64,000 nt of DNA, from the NCBI GenBank assembly GCA_963764165.1, contig CAVXRD010000002.1:3200001-3264000 (forward strand), written 5' to 3'. This DNA comes from an uncultured Verrucomicrobiae bacterium (GTDB lineage: Bacteria; Verrucomicrobiota; Verrucomicrobiia; Limisphaerales; Palsa-1400). Made by a program: the position numbers and the translations under genes. This document shows, one piece after another, positions 41,293 through 51,931 of this stretch (within the stretch, counting starts at the first letter, position 1; each line of letters begins with the position of its first letter). The notes beneath the pieces were generated by a model. It did no database searches. It saw only the letters and a list, made by a program, of their open reading frames with translations, and was not told where the DNA came from.

Positions 41293-41751
41293 TCAACTGC
41301 ACTTGGCGCAGCGGCCTTCGATTTGCAAAAAATGGCTCTCCACGCTTGCATTGAGGTGCTTTCTGACAAATTTGGCCACCTCTTCAATCAAACACAACTT
41401 GACCTCGTCGACCTTGCCGCATTGCCGGCAAATGAAATGGTGATGATGGCCCGCTTCGATGTCGCGGCAGATGAAGTACCTCAACTCCCGCTCGTCATTT
41501 GCGGCAGTCAAGAGGATCCCGCAATGGGCCAGATTCTCAAGGATTCTATAAACTGTGGGGAGCCCGAGGCCCTTGAATTTCCGCTGCAACTTGGCCTGAA
41601 CCTCAAACGGGTCGAGAATAGTTCCGCGCTCGAGAAACAATTCGAGCACGGCCCGCACTTTGGGAGTGACCCGGTTGCCCCGCCTCTTCAGGCGGGCGAG
41701 ATAAATGTCGATGCTCAGATGGATCTTTTTCACGCTGTTCCCATGGTGCAT
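41293..41751 (-). CDS. Fur-family metalloregulator (Zur-like)
   Basis: GLPTVYRIL, HHHHFICRQCG, GRCAKC. Confidence 0.88.
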   Translation of the reverse strand: MHHGNSVKKIHLSIDIYLARLKRRGNRVTPKVRAVLELFLERGTILDPFEVQAKLQRKFKGLGLPTVYRILENLAHCGILLTAANDERELRYFICRDIEAGHHHHFICRQCGKVDEVKLCLIEEVAKFVRKHLNASVESHFLQIEGRCAKCS

Positions 41752-42028
41752 TCGGCTGCCGGCGAAGGCAAACCTGATCTCCCCGCCACCCCGTCGATGG
41801 ATTCTGCCGCCATTTGGCCGAACGAGACAGTGCATCGAAGCGTTGGCGCTGTTGCCCTTTTTACCGCTGATGTTCAATTGCTGGCCGTCCGCGGACCTCC
41901 GCTATTCCGCTCCGCTAGCCGAATATTCGATTGACCTTTGGTTGGCCCGACGCGGTGTCGCGGTCAACGGACCGAAGAAAAAAACGTTTGTTCCAGAGAA
42001 ATTCACTTAGAAATCCGAATTGTAATTT

Positions 42029-44242
42029 ATGAATTTAACAAAAAAGCTAGAACAGAAAGTCTCCCGGCGGTTGTTGAGCCTGACCTTGGCAGGCGGCTCA
42101 ATGGTTTCCAATGCTGTGTTGGGCCAAACCAACACCGCTCCCTCAGCCACCAATGTTTTGGATACGGTTGTGGTGGAAGGGCAGCTCAACCAGGCGCGCA
42201 GTGGCATACTCACGTCCGTCGGAGCGACGTCCTACAACATCAGCAGCGAAGCAATTTTGAATGAGGCGCAGGGCAACAACGCGTCATTTAACCAGCTTTT
42301 GCTGCGAGCGCCCGGGGTGGCGGAGGACTCGCTTGGGCAGGTTCACGTCCGTGGGGAGCACGCCAATTTGCAGTATCGAATTAATGATGTGCTGCTTCCA
42401 GAAGGCATTACAGGCTTCGGGCAGGAACCGGACCCGCGGTTCGTCCAGGATATGCAGTTGATCAACGGTTCTTTGCCGGCGGAGTATGGCTTCCGAACGG
42501 CAGGTATCGTGGATATTCAGACCAAGAGCGGAGCCGCGTTGAACGGGGGTTCGGCGGAAGTCTTCGGAGGCAGCTACGACACAATCCGCCCGAGCTTCGA
42601 GTATGGGAGCACCGTCGGCAAATCGAGTTTTTTCATCGATGGGAGTTATACCCATGATAATATCGGCATTGAGAATCCGACCCCGTCTTCCGTGCCAATT
42701 CACGATTACACGGATCAGTATAAGACGTTCTTGTACTATTCGTACATCATGGACCCGACCAGCCGGATTATTGCAATGGGCAGCATTTCCTACAGCCAAT
42801 TTGAAATCCCCATCGACCCCGGACTGGCAGCCACCCCGCAACCGAATGGAAGCCCATGGGTGGGGGCCGCGAGTCCCTCGCCGTTCGCCCTCAATGACAC
42901 CCAGAATGAGATCAATGACTATGGAGTTCTAGCCTATCAGAAATCCGCAGGCGATTTGAACTACCAATTGTCAGCCTATGGACGAAACAGCGGGGCACAC
43001 TATGTTCCAAACAATCTTCCGGCGACGCTCGACTACAATAACGGCATTGCGACCGACGAGAATCGGGCCATCTATTCGGGTGGCGCACAGTTGGATCTCA
43101 GTTACGCGTTGGGAGATTCACATACACTGCGCGGTGGATTAACATATCTCCATGAATATGTGGTTTCCGATACTTCGACTACGGTTTTTGATGTCGACGG
43201 AAATGGGAATGCCATGGGCGGGCCGTTCTCCATCAACCAAAACAACACTCCTCACGCGGATTTTGGCGGGGCATACCTGCAAGATGAGTGGAAAATAATT
43301 CCGCAACTGACGCTTAACGCCGGTGTGCGCTTTGACGCCTATACGTCGGATTCGGATTCCGAGAATCAAGTCAGCCCGCGCGCCAATCTTGTCTATAAAC
43401 CGATCGATTCCACGACGCTGCACGGCGGCTATTCCAGGTATTTTACGCCGCCGCCTTTGGAAACGGTGCCATCTGGAGATATCACGGCGTTCAACGGCAC
43501 GTCCGACGCACCCGGATTGGCGGGCCCTTATGACACAGTTAAAGCTGAGCGCGCGAACTACTATGACTTGGGCGTCAGCCAGAAAATTCCATTCGTTCCG
43601 GGATTGACGCTCGGGGTAGACGGGTATTACAAGACCGCGCAACAGCAGCTTGACGATGGATTCTTCGGCCAATCGCTGATCCTCTCCTCCTTTAATTACG
43701 AGCGGGGGCGCGTTCGCGGAATTGAATTCACAACCAGCTATGAAACGAACGGACTGTCGTTGTACGCCAACGTGGCATACTCGGTAGCCCAAGGCGAAGG
43801 CGCCTCCTCAGCGCAGTACCTCTGGGGAGATCCGGCTACCGTCAATTACGTCAATCATAATTGGATTTATCTTGATCATGACCAACGGCTGACCGGTTCC
43901 TTCGGCGCAGCTTACACATTAAACGAACCCGGCCGCTGGAGCACGCGGCTGCTCGTCGATGCCATTTATGGCAGCGGCCTCCGGCAGGACGCTGGCTTTA
44001 TTGCCGGGTCGGACGGCGAAGCCGTTCCTAACGCCGCAAGCGTCGGAGCCTACTATTCGCTCAATTTCGGCGTCGCCGAAAGATTGCGCCTGTCTCATAA
44101 GCAAGCGCTGGTGGCTCGGTTGGATATTGTCAATATCACCGACAACGTTTATCCGCTTCGCACAGGAAGCGGCGTGGGAGTCAATGCCGCTCAATACGGA
44201 GAACGTCGAGGCATCTTCGGCTCGTTGAGCTACGAATTCTGA
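42029..44242 (+). CDS. TonB-dependent receptor
   Basis: Signal peptide, TonB box DTVVVEG, plug HVRGEHANLQYRIN, C-terminal YEF. Confidence 0.9.
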   Translation: MNLTKKLEQKVSRRLLSLTLAGGSMVSNAVLGQTNTAPSATNVLDTVVVEGQLNQARSGILTSVGATSYNISSEAILNEAQGNNASFNQLLLRAPGVAEDSLGQVHVRGEHANLQYRINDVLLPEGITGFGQEPDPRFVQDMQLINGSLPAEYGFRTAGIVDIQTKSGAALNGGSAEVFGGSYDTIRPSFEYGSTVGKSSFFIDGSYTHDNIGIENPTPSSVPIHDYTDQYKTFLYYSYIMDPTSRIIAMGSISYSQFEIPIDPGLAATPQPNGSPWVGAASPSPFALNDTQNEINDYGVLAYQKSAGDLNYQLSAYGRNSGAHYVPNNLPATLDYNNGIATDENRAIYSGGAQLDLSYALGDSHTLRGGLTYLHEYVVSDTSTTVFDVDGNGNAMGGPFSINQNNTPHADFGGAYLQDEWKIIPQLTLNAGVRFDAYTSDSDSENQVSPRANLVYKPIDSTTLHGGYSRYFTPPPLETVPSGDITAFNGTSDAPGLAGPYDTVKAERANYYDLGVSQKIPFVPGLTLGVDGYYKTAQQQLDDGFFGQSLILSSFNYERGRVRGIEFTTSYETNGLSLYANVAYSVAQGEGASSAQYLWGDPATVNYVNHNWIYLDHDQRLTGSFGAAYTLNEPGRWSTRLLVDAIYGSGLRQDAGFIAGSDGEAVPNAASVGAYYSLNFGVAERLRLSHKQALVARLDIVNITDNVYPLRTGSGVGVNAAQYGERRGIFGSLSYEF

Positions 44243-44388
44243 GGCCCAAACGAGTTTGGCCTGATTCAGAGCAGACAGTTCTTGGACGGCCATGGGATTC
44301 GGTTCATCTTACAATCTGGCACGGGTTCTACCCCCGCGTCAGAAATCAACAGCCTGTTAGACAGCGGAACGAATGACCTTTCGGCCGC

Positions 44389-46644
44389 CTAAAAAAACGC
44401 CGTCAGACCGCCATAAAATGCGCGACGCGGCCCGTAGGCCGGCGCGGCGACACCAAGCCCGCTGCCGTCGCGAAGTTTGACAATCTCATCGAACAGATTG
44501 AGGCAGTCAAAACGCAGCTTCAGTTCGCTAATGCCCGCCAAGTGCGGGCGCCAGACATGTTCCACGCCGAGATTCACCGTCACATAGGAGGGATTTTTTC
44601 CAAGATTGGCAAAGCCTCTGCGCAGCCCGTCCCCATAGAGGAAATCAGTATGCAGCAGGGTGTCTGTCAGAAGAGTATAAGATAGGCCGCCCGAACCGGT
44701 GAACTGGCCCTGGTGATCGAGTTGAATGTAGTTGTTGGCGATGTAGTTGAATTCGTTGTCGGGGAATTCATTTTGCACGGAGTTGATGTCCGAGGCCTCG
44801 GCCTGGACATACGAGAAATTTCCATACAGCGAAAGCGGCCCGTGCTTGTAGATGCTGCTCAATTCCGCGCCGTAAACGCGGGCTTTGGCGTAATTGAAAT
44901 TATCCAGAATGACGGCGGTGCCAAATTGCCCATCGTCAATGAGATTCCTGGCCTGCTTGTAATAGCCGTCCAGTGTCACCTGCCAGGCGGGCGTAATCTG
45001 CCGGGAAATGCCGGCGTCATAATAATTATCGCGTTCGCATTTTTGCGGACCATCCTGGCCATTGAACGGCGCGTCGGTTGTGTATTCAAATTGTTTGACA
45101 ACGGACGGTGGAATGTATTGCAGCGTCGGCGTCTGAAAATAACGCGCGTAGCCGATGTGCGCGGTGGTGGCCTCGTCCATTTGCCAGACCAGATTCGCGC
45201 GCGGACTCACCTGGCCTTCGTGATCGGATTGGACATCGAAGCGGTCATAGCGAAGGCCGTAATTTAATGTCAGCCGGTCCGTCAACTGCCATTGGCCCTG
45301 CAAATAAACGCCGGACTTGATGCCGCTGTTCCGCCCCCTGGCGTTGATCGTCTCCGGCGTTGACGACGATTGCGGCGTGGGAGTTGGTTCGTCCTGGCCC
45401 ATCCCGCTGGGCGCGAATTGCGAGGCGGATGGAAAAACCGAGGCCGTGTTTTCAAGCTGCTCGGCATCGAAAGTCGCCACAAAACCGCCGCGCAGCGTGT
45501 GATGCTCACCCAGTGTGTAATCTCCATCCGCCTGCACGCCATTGGCCAAATCCGTGTTTTTCACTTTCGACGCGTTGCCGTTGAACAGCAGGTCTCGCAC
45601 TTCGTCCGGGCTGAAATCCAAGTCCAAGTAACGACTGAACACCGACATTTGTCCGGAAAAATTACGAGCAAACTTTTGGTAAGACAGCACGGCGTAATAA
45701 TTCTGCTCGTTCTGATTCTCGTTGATGATGGAGGAATTTGCGGTCGGACCGCCATTCAATGTGTAGCTCGGTGTCAGCCCCGGCGTGTTCGGAATCTGAA
45801 AATCTGAATACGACGCGCTCAACAGCAACGTCGCTCGGCTCGTCTTGTCGAACCGGTCGGCGAAATAACCAAAGAGTTTTTCCTGATCTGTGAGGTCGTG
45901 AAGCGGGTTCCGGTCGGCTGTCGTGTTGTCAATACCAAGGTTGTTGTGCAGGTATGACGCCGTGATAAAATAATCGATATTGCTCTTCGTGCCGCCAAAT
46001 GAGCCGGAGGGATGGATGGTGTCGTAACTGCCTCCGTAAACGGAAACGTCATTGCCGTTAAGCTGGCTGCCCGACTTGGTCGTGATGTCAAAAATTCCCG
46101 CTATGCGGTCGCCATACTGCGCGGGCAGCGTCCCGGTCAGAAGGGTGACCGAATGGATCAGATGGGGATCGACCGCCTGCGCGAAGCCGTTCAGGCCCTC
46201 TGGAAGCGAAACGCCATTGAGACGGTATTGCACATTGCCGTGATCGCCGCGTACATGAACCTCGCCGAATTCATCCTGCACCACGCCCGGTTCTTGCAGG
46301 AGTATCTCCTGAAATGAGGCATTCTCGCCCTGTCCCATTGCCTGAATCTGGCTGGAGCCGATCGTATAGGCCACCGCTCCGAGACTCGGCGCAATTTCGT
46401 CAGGCGATTTGTCCGGATCCGCCGTGACCGTCACCGTTGGCAGCGTGGTGGTGGAGTTGGTCCCGGGGGGCGAGGCGCTTTTTGGTTCCTGCCCGGCCAC
46501 AGTCGTCTCGGGTCCGCTCCGGGAGTTGGTGGGGCCGGAGTGTCCTTCCGTCGTTCCGGGTTGAATGTTTTGCGCGTCCGACGTGGCGCAACACGAGCAG
46601 AACAGCGCGAACGACGCCACGCCTTGGGCCGCGCACCATCTCAT
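44389..46644 (-). CDS. TonB-dependent receptor, paralog of 42029..44242
   Basis: LPTVTVTA TonB box, HVRGDHGNVQYRLNG, C-terminal FF. Start 46644 or 46668. Confidence 0.9.
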   Translation of the reverse strand: MRWCAAQGVASFALFCSCCATSDAQNIQPGTTEGHSGPTNSRSGPETTVAGQEPKSASPPGTNSTTTLPTVTVTADPDKSPDEIAPSLGAVAYTIGSSQIQAMGQGENASFQEILLQEPGVVQDEFGEVHVRGDHGNVQYRLNGVSLPEGLNGFAQAVDPHLIHSVTLLTGTLPAQYGDRIAGIFDITTKSGSQLNGNDVSVYGGSYDTIHPSGSFGGTKSNIDYFITASYLHNNLGIDNTTADRNPLHDLTDQEKLFGYFADRFDKTSRATLLLSASYSDFQIPNTPGLTPSYTLNGGPTANSSIINENQNEQNYYAVLSYQKFARNFSGQMSVFSRYLDLDFSPDEVRDLLFNGNASKVKNTDLANGVQADGDYTLGEHHTLRGGFVATFDAEQLENTASVFPSASQFAPSGMGQDEPTPTPQSSSTPETINARGRNSGIKSGVYLQGQWQLTDRLTLNYGLRYDRFDVQSDHEGQVSPRANLVWQMDEATTAHIGYARYFQTPTLQYIPPSVVKQFEYTTDAPFNGQDGPQKCERDNYYDAGISRQITPAWQVTLDGYYKQARNLIDDGQFGTAVILDNFNYAKARVYGAELSSIYKHGPLSLYGNFSYVQAEASDINSVQNEFPDNEFNYIANNYIQLDHQGQFTGSGGLSYTLLTDTLLHTDFLYGDGLRRGFANLGKNPSYVTVNLGVEHVWRPHLAGISELKLRFDCLNLFDEIVKLRDGSGLGVAAPAYGPRRAFYGGLTAFF

Positions 46645-46666
46645 CGTGTGTAGCCGAATAGTTATC

Positions 46667-46684
46667 ATGTAGCTACAGCTACAT
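46667..46684. promoter_or_regulatory. MntR-type operator
   Basis: Perfect palindrome ATGTAGC-taca-GCTACAT (TAGC-N4-GCTA core, as in the enterobacterial MntR box), between the TBDT and mntR. Confidence 0.75.
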
Positions 46685-46732
46685 CATATGGCCTCGACTC
46701 GTCAATCCATTTTGCGCAGGATAAAATAAAAT

Positions 46733-47209
46733 ATGACCAGACCGTCCAAAGTCTCGCCTGGCCGGGAACAAAGTCGCGGCACGCCTCGCTCGGCGGAAAC
46801 CCAGGCGGCCGCCCTGCGCCGGACCCGTCTCGAACACGCCGCTGAAACGGCGCAGGATTACGCCGAGGCAATCGCCGATCTTTGCGCCCTTCAGGGGGAG
46901 GCCCGAGCCGTGGATTTGGCCCGACGCCTCGGCGTGTCTCATGTGACGGTCATTCGAACCATCGCCCGCCTGCAACGGGATGGGTACGTCTCCACACGTC
47001 CGTATCGTTCCATATTTCTGACACAGAAGGGATCCACCCTGGCGGAGGAATCCCGGCGCCGCCACGACATTGTGCTGGCGTTTCTGCGTTCACTCGGCGT
47101 CCCGGAGGAAGTCGCCCAAACTGACGCGGAGGGCATTGAACACCACGTAAGCCCGGCGACTCTCGCCGCGTTCAAACACCATGCCGCGTCGATGGAGAAG
47201 CGGCGCTAA
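46733..47209 (+). CDS. mntR: Manganese-sensing regulator MntR (DtxR family)
   Basis: AQDYAEAI, ARAVDLARRLGVSHVTV, RPYRSIFLT, DAEGIEHHVS. Confidence 0.9.
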   Translation: MTRPSKVSPGREQSRGTPRSAETQAAALRRTRLEHAAETAQDYAEAIADLCALQGEARAVDLARRLGVSHVTVIRTIARLQRDGYVSTRPYRSIFLTQKGSTLAEESRRRHDIVLAFLRSLGVPEEVAQTDAEGIEHHVSPATLAAFKHHAASMEKRR

Positions 47210-47245
47210 TCTTCAAAATGGGCAGATCCTTCGAAAGATCGAACG

Positions 47246-48364
47246 TCAAGATTTACCCGCCGATTTTAGAACCGGATAATCCGTGTAGCCTTTTTCCGTG
47301 CCGCCGTAAAACGTCTGGCGGTCGGAGGGATTGAGCGGCGCGTTCTGCGCAAAACGTTCGACCAAATCGGGATTGGCGATGAACTGGCTTCCCCAGGCGA
47401 TGGCATCGGCTTCGCCCCTTTGCACCGCTTCCACTCCGCTGGCCAACGTGTGGCCGCCTGCGGAAATCAACTTCGTGTCGCCGGTGATCAACGGTTTGAA
47501 ATGGCGCGAAGCAAGCGCCGCGTCAAATTGCCCGGCTTCCACGTTGCCCGCGACGCGCGGTTCAATCAGGTGAATATACGCGAGCTGAAACCGATTCAAT
47601 TCGCTGATGACATGCGCGTAGGTGCCGAAACGATCGGTATGCGCAATGCCGTCGTGGGCGTTCGCGGGCGAAAAGCGAATGCCGACGCGGCTTCCTTGCC
47701 AAACGGAGGCCACCGCTTCGGTGACTTCGAGGACCAGCCGCGCACGATTCGCCACGTTGCCGCCGTATCTATCCGTCCGCACATTCGCATGGTCGGATAG
47801 GAATTGTTCAAGTAGATAGCCGTTGGCCGCGTGGATTTCCACACCGTCAAAGCCGGCCCGCTTGGCCAGTTCCGCCGCGCGCCTGTGTTCCTCGACGACA
47901 CCGGCAATCTCGTTCGTTTCCAATGCGCGCGGCACGGGACAATCTTTCAACACGCCGGGCGAGACCGGCGACTTCCCTTGGCTGGGAATGGCGCTGGGCG
48001 CCACCGGTGATTCGCCATTTGGTTGAAAATCGTTGTGCGACATCCGTCCAGCGTGGAAGAGTTGCAGGAACATTTTTCCACCCGCTTCATGGACGGCGCC
48101 CGTCACGAGTTTCCAAGCCTCGGCCTGTGCATTCGTATGAATGCAAGGCATGTGAAAATAGCCGTGCCCTCGCGGCGAAACCGGCGTTGCCTCGCTGATG
48201 ATCAATCCGGCGGACGCACGCTGGCGATAATACGTCGCATTGAGTTCCCACGGCATGTTGCCGGGCATTCTCGCCCGCATCCGCGTGGTCGGGGCCATGA
48301 GAATGCGATTGCGCAAGCTAACGGAGCCAAGCTCCAGCGGGGTGAAGAGTGTGATTGGTTTCAT
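47246..48364 (-). CDS. Old yellow enzyme / alkene reductase (NemA-like)
   Basis: NRILMAP, YYRQRASAGLIISE, GFDGVEIHAANGYL, RTDRYGG, GYTDYP. Confidence 0.92.
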   Translation of the reverse strand: MKPITLFTPLELGSVSLRNRILMAPTTRMRARMPGNMPWELNATYYRQRASAGLIISEATPVSPRGHGYFHMPCIHTNAQAEAWKLVTGAVHEAGGKMFLQLFHAGRMSHNDFQPNGESPVAPSAIPSQGKSPVSPGVLKDCPVPRALETNEIAGVVEEHRRAAELAKRAGFDGVEIHAANGYLLEQFLSDHANVRTDRYGGNVANRARLVLEVTEAVASVWQGSRVGIRFSPANAHDGIAHTDRFGTYAHVISELNRFQLAYIHLIEPRVAGNVEAGQFDAALASRHFKPLITGDTKLISAGGHTLASGVEAVQRGEADAIAWGSQFIANPDLVERFAQNAPLNPSDRQTFYGGTEKGYTDYPVLKSAGKS

Positions 48365-48366
48365 AT

Positions 48367-49041
48367 TCAGGCCGTGACCGTGTTGAGATTGAGGACCAGG
48401 TTCAAAACTTCCAGCGGTTCCGAGCGCCGCGTGTAATCGGCATCCACGCGCGCATACGCAATCGTGCGGTCGCCACGAATGACAAACGTCGCCGGCATGG
48501 GCAATTCCTTGGCTCCTTCCGCGCCATTGGATTTTTCCAGCGAAACATCGAAGTCCGCGTAGACGTTGAGCAACGCCTTCGGCAGTTCAAAGGCCACGCC
48601 GAACGCGCGCGCGGCGCCGAGGCCGACATCGCTCAATACGGGGAAGGCGAGTTCCGCCTTCTCCTGCGTGGACAACGATTGGTCCGGCAGTTGCGGTGAA
48701 ATGGCCACCACCTGCGCGCCAGCCGCTGTGAACGCCGTGAGCGACTTTTGGAAGCCGCGCAGATGGATGTTGCAATACGGACACCAGCCGCCGCGGTAAA
48801 ACACCAGCACCACCGGCCCCCGTTCCAGTTCCGTATAAAGCCGCACGCTACGGCCGTCCACGTTGGGCAGGATAAAATCCGGCGCGATGTCGCCGGGCTC
48901 GAGCGCATGGCCCGCGGCGGCGTTGTTCTCGAGTTCCGCCGTGGCGGCGTCCATGATCTTCAACGCGGGCTTCGGAATTCTTTGGTCGCGGTAAAGGCTG
49001 CGGGCCGAGTCCAGTTCCTGGGTGGTTGTTAGAGTGTCCAT
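48367..49041 (-). CDS. Peroxiredoxin-like AhpC/TSA family protein
   Basis: APDFILP, FYRGGWCPYCN, LPMPATFVI. Confidence 0.88.
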   Translation of the reverse strand: MDTLTTTQELDSARSLYRDQRIPKPALKIMDAATAELENNAAAGHALEPGDIAPDFILPNVDGRSVRLYTELERGPVVLVFYRGGWCPYCNIHLRGFQKSLTAFTAAGAQVVAISPQLPDQSLSTQEKAELAFPVLSDVGLGAARAFGVAFELPKALLNVYADFDVSLEKSNGAEGAKELPMPATFVIRGDRTIAYARVDADYTRRSEPLEVLNLVLNLNTVTA

Positions 49042-49070
49042 AGTGGTTCTTGTCAAAGTTGTGGCAAGGG

Positions 49071-49623
49071 TTATTTCTCGGGCGCAAACGCGGCATCGAG
49101 CGGGGCGGGATTGATGTGATCGAGGTAGTTGCTGATCGTCTTAAGCGCGACCGCCATCAAGACTTCCATCACCTGTGTCTTGGTGAAGCCCGCGGCAAGG
49201 AAGTCATCGATTGTCCCGCGAGCCGCATGACCGCGCTTCGAAACAAGCTCCCGGACAAGCGTCATCAGCGCATCCGTCTTCTTGTCGCCGGTGGGTTTGC
49301 CTGCACGAATGGCGGCCACAGTCTCGGCGGGCACTTTTTGGAAGGCCTTCAACCGTGCTGTGGGCGGCGACGCAATAGCCGCATTCGTTCTCCAGGCTCG
49401 CAGCGAGCAGGGCGAGCGTGCGCTGTTGCGGGGTGAACGACGTTTTATTCCATTCGGCGTCCAACGCCAGGTAGCCTTTCAGCATCTCGGGCGAATTGGC
49501 AAAGGTTGCCATCAGGTTGGGGACGAAGCCGAAGCTTTTCTGGATGCCTTCCATGACGGGCTTGGATGCCGCAGGGGCATCGGCGATGGTCAGCGGTTGC
49601 AGGAGGTTTGCGGTGGTATTCAT
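49071..49623 (-). pseudogene. Carboxymuconolactone decarboxylase/AhpD-family protein, frameshift near 49352
   Basis: GFVPNL..NECGYCVAAH in one frame; RGH..FLAAGF..EVLMAVALKTISNY in the next. Confidence 0.8.
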
Positions 49624-49760
49624 ATTATTTCCTTGGATTTATCGTTTTAGTGTTAGTTCTGTTTGCCGCACCGATCTTCGGGCGACAGGATGAGGTTAGT
49701 GTGTCGTCAGTTATTGTTGAAATAGGGCTTTCTTTTCTCAGTAATAAGTTGGAACGCTTA
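49621..49760 (-). repeat. Conserved ~135-bp leader/promoter, copy 1
   Basis: catattatttcc...gccgc.ccg....gggcgac...gatgag.ttag...gttattgt.gaaatag...cagtaataag, shared with 50535 and 52229. Confidence 0.85.
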
Positions 49761-49778
49761 CTCTTCAAAACGCCGCGG

Positions 49779-50537
49779 TTATTTCGTGGTGGCGCGGGCC
49801 GCTTGTTTGATCACGTCGACCACGACCTCCGGGAAAGTGACGGGGATGGCATGCGAAGATTTCAGTTCAATAACGGTAGAGTGGGCGCGTTCGGCTTCGA
49901 ATTTGAATTCTTCCACGGGGATGACGGGATCCAGCAGGGGCCTGATTTGCCAACTCGGCTTGCTCGACCACGCCGCCGAGGTCAGTTTCTCGTTGAGGGC
50001 TGCCAAGGCGATGGGGCGTTGGGTGGCGATCATCAGGGCGACCACGTTCTCAGGCACGTCGGCGGCGACGAGGTTGCGGTATTTGTCCGCTTTGACGTGG
50101 ACATTTGTGCCGGTGGTTCCGTCGGGCAAAGTGAACGGGGTCAGCTCGACCGACGAGGCAAAGTCGCCGCCCGGAAACCGGACGAGACAATCGTTGGCGG
50201 ATTCCCCCGCCCCAGGCATGGGAGAGCCCGCGTAAACAAGGGCCTTGACCTTTGGATCGTCCCCCGCCTGGGTGATGACGGCCCCGCCATAGGCGTGGGA
50301 AACCAGGATCACGGGGCCGACAATCGTGTCAAGCAGGCTGCGGAGGTAGGCGGCATCGTGCGCCACGCCCCGCAAGGGGTTCGAAAAGACCCTGACGGGG
50401 TAGCCGTCCCGTTGGAGCCCTTGGATCACCCCATGAGTCCAGAGCGCCGAGTCTTCGAGGGCCCCATGCACGAGCACGATGGTGGGCTTGGACAAGTCGC
50501 CACTTCCCGAGGCGTTTGTATTGTCGATGGTATTCAT
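49779..50537 (-). CDS. Alpha/beta hydrolase (Abhydrolase_6-like)
   Basis: PTIVLVHGA, VILVSHAYGG (Ala at the usual Ser position), SSHA. Confidence 0.8.
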   Translation of the reverse strand: MNTIDNTNASGSGDLSKPTIVLVHGALEDSALWTHGVIQGLQRDGYPVRVFSNPLRGVAHDAAYLRSLLDTIVGPVILVSHAYGGAVITQAGDDPKVKALVYAGSPMPGAGESANDCLVRFPGGDFASSVELTPFTLPDGTTGTNVHVKADKYRNLVAADVPENVVALMIATQRPIALAALNEKLTSAAWSSKPSWQIRPLLDPVIPVEEFKFEAERAHSTVIELKSSHAIPVTFPEVVVDVIKQAARATTK

Positions 50538-50678
50538 ATTATTTCCTTGGGTCTGTTGTTTTAGTGTTTAGTTCTGTTTGCCGCGCCGTTCTTTGGGCGA
50601 CACGATGAGATTAGCGAGGGCTCTGTTATTGTGGAAATAGTGGTTTATTCTGGCAGTAATAAGAGATAACGATTATTA
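50535..50678 (-). repeat. Conserved leader/promoter, copy 2 (divergent from lysR)
   Basis: Same blocks as copy 1; ends taataagagataacgattatta, a LysR-type T-N11-A dyad. Confidence 0.85.
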
Positions 50679-50686
50679 TTTTCAGC

Positions 50687-51601
50687 GTGGAACTACGCTA
50701 TCTCAGATACTTCGTCACCGTCGCCGAGCGGCAGAACTTCACCCGCGCGGCGGAGCAACTGCACGTGGCGCAACCGGCCATCAGCCAGCAGATCAAAGCC
50801 TTGGAGGAAGAGCTTGGCGTCTCGCTGCTGCACCGCAACAAGCGCAGCGTCAAGCTCACGGCGGCGGGCCACGCTTTTCTGTCCGAAGCCAGGGAAATAC
50901 TCGCCCACGCGGAACTTTCCAAACAAGTCGCGCGCCGCGCCGCGCGGGGCGAAACCGGGTCGCTCGCCATCGGCTGCGTCGGGGCGGGGGCGTCCGCCTT
51001 TCTGCCGGAAGTGATCCGGTCCTATCGCAAGAAGTATCCCGCCGTTCGCGTGCATTTGTTTGAGCTGACGCCGGAACAGCAATTGCAGGCTTTCGCCCGG
51101 GAGGGAATCGACGTCGGTTTCACGCGCCCGCTGGCCTCGTCGGACGAGAAGAATTTTACTCAAGAACGGATTTACCGCGACCGCTTGATGCTGGCGGTGC
51201 CGGAAAACCATGCGCTCGCCAAGGCTGAACACGTGCGCTTGGACAAATTCGCCAATGAGGATTTCGTGATGTTCAAACGGAGCGAAGCGCCCAGATTGGC
51301 TGACGCGATGACACAACTTTGCGCCAAGGCCGGCTTCACCCCGCAAGTTGTCAGCGTATTGCCCATGATTCAAACCATGTTGATGGCCGTGGCCTCCGGC
51401 ATTGGCGTGGCGCTCGCGCCGGGATGTGTCCGCACCTTTCGTCAACCCGGCGTGGCGATTCTGTCCGTGCGCCCCGTTTCGCCGCCGATCGATCTTGTGC
51501 TTGTACGACCCAAAGGCGAGCCTTCTCCAACCGTCTCCGCCTGGTTGGATCTGGTGCGGGAACGCCTGCCGACCATTCGCCTGCGAATGGAAAAGGAATG
51601 A
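50687..51601 (+). CDS. LysR-family transcriptional regulator
   Basis: MELRYLRYFVTVAE..NFTRAAEQLHVAQPAISQQIKALEEELG. Confidence 0.95.
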   Translation: MELRYLRYFVTVAERQNFTRAAEQLHVAQPAISQQIKALEEELGVSLLHRNKRSVKLTAAGHAFLSEAREILAHAELSKQVARRAARGETGSLAIGCVGAGASAFLPEVIRSYRKKYPAVRVHLFELTPEQQLQAFAREGIDVGFTRPLASSDEKNFTQERIYRDRLMLAVPENHALAKAEHVRLDKFANEDFVMFKRSEAPRLADAMTQLCAKAGFTPQVVSVLPMIQTMLMAVASGIGVALAPGCVRTFRQPGVAILSVRPVSPPIDLVLVRPKGEPSPTVSAWLDLVRERLPTIRLRMEKE

Positions 51602-51931
51602 CCGTATTCACTTTCTCGCACCACTCCGTGAGTGCGTTCTGAAACCGTTGGTCCGTCCGGCCGGAAGGGAGAGCACGGCCCGGCCCGCGCCCAAGGCGGT
51701 TCCGAGTCAACCGCACCGCGACACTCACGGAACCCGGTCGGCTGTGCCTCTTTATTTGATTGTATAGCGCCGCTGGTTGAACAAACGGGCCGGTTGCATA
51801 ATGCGGCAGGCAGCCCGTTTTGAACAGGCCGCCTGCCGCACTAGATGCCGCTCCACCGTTGTAACCTGGAGCGAATCCAGATTTGCGATTCAAAGGCGGG
51901 TTTCCCGCCGCGAAGCGCCGTCCCCATGAAC

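Noticed and set aside
40990..41934. 314-aa plus-strand ORF
   Set aside because: Antisense to the Fur-family gene; no recognisable domain.
42005..42028. Zur-type box upstream of TBDT1
   Set aside because: Too degenerate relative to TGCAA-N5-TTGCA.
49566..50564. 332-aa plus-strand ORF
   Set aside because: Antisense to the alpha/beta hydrolase.
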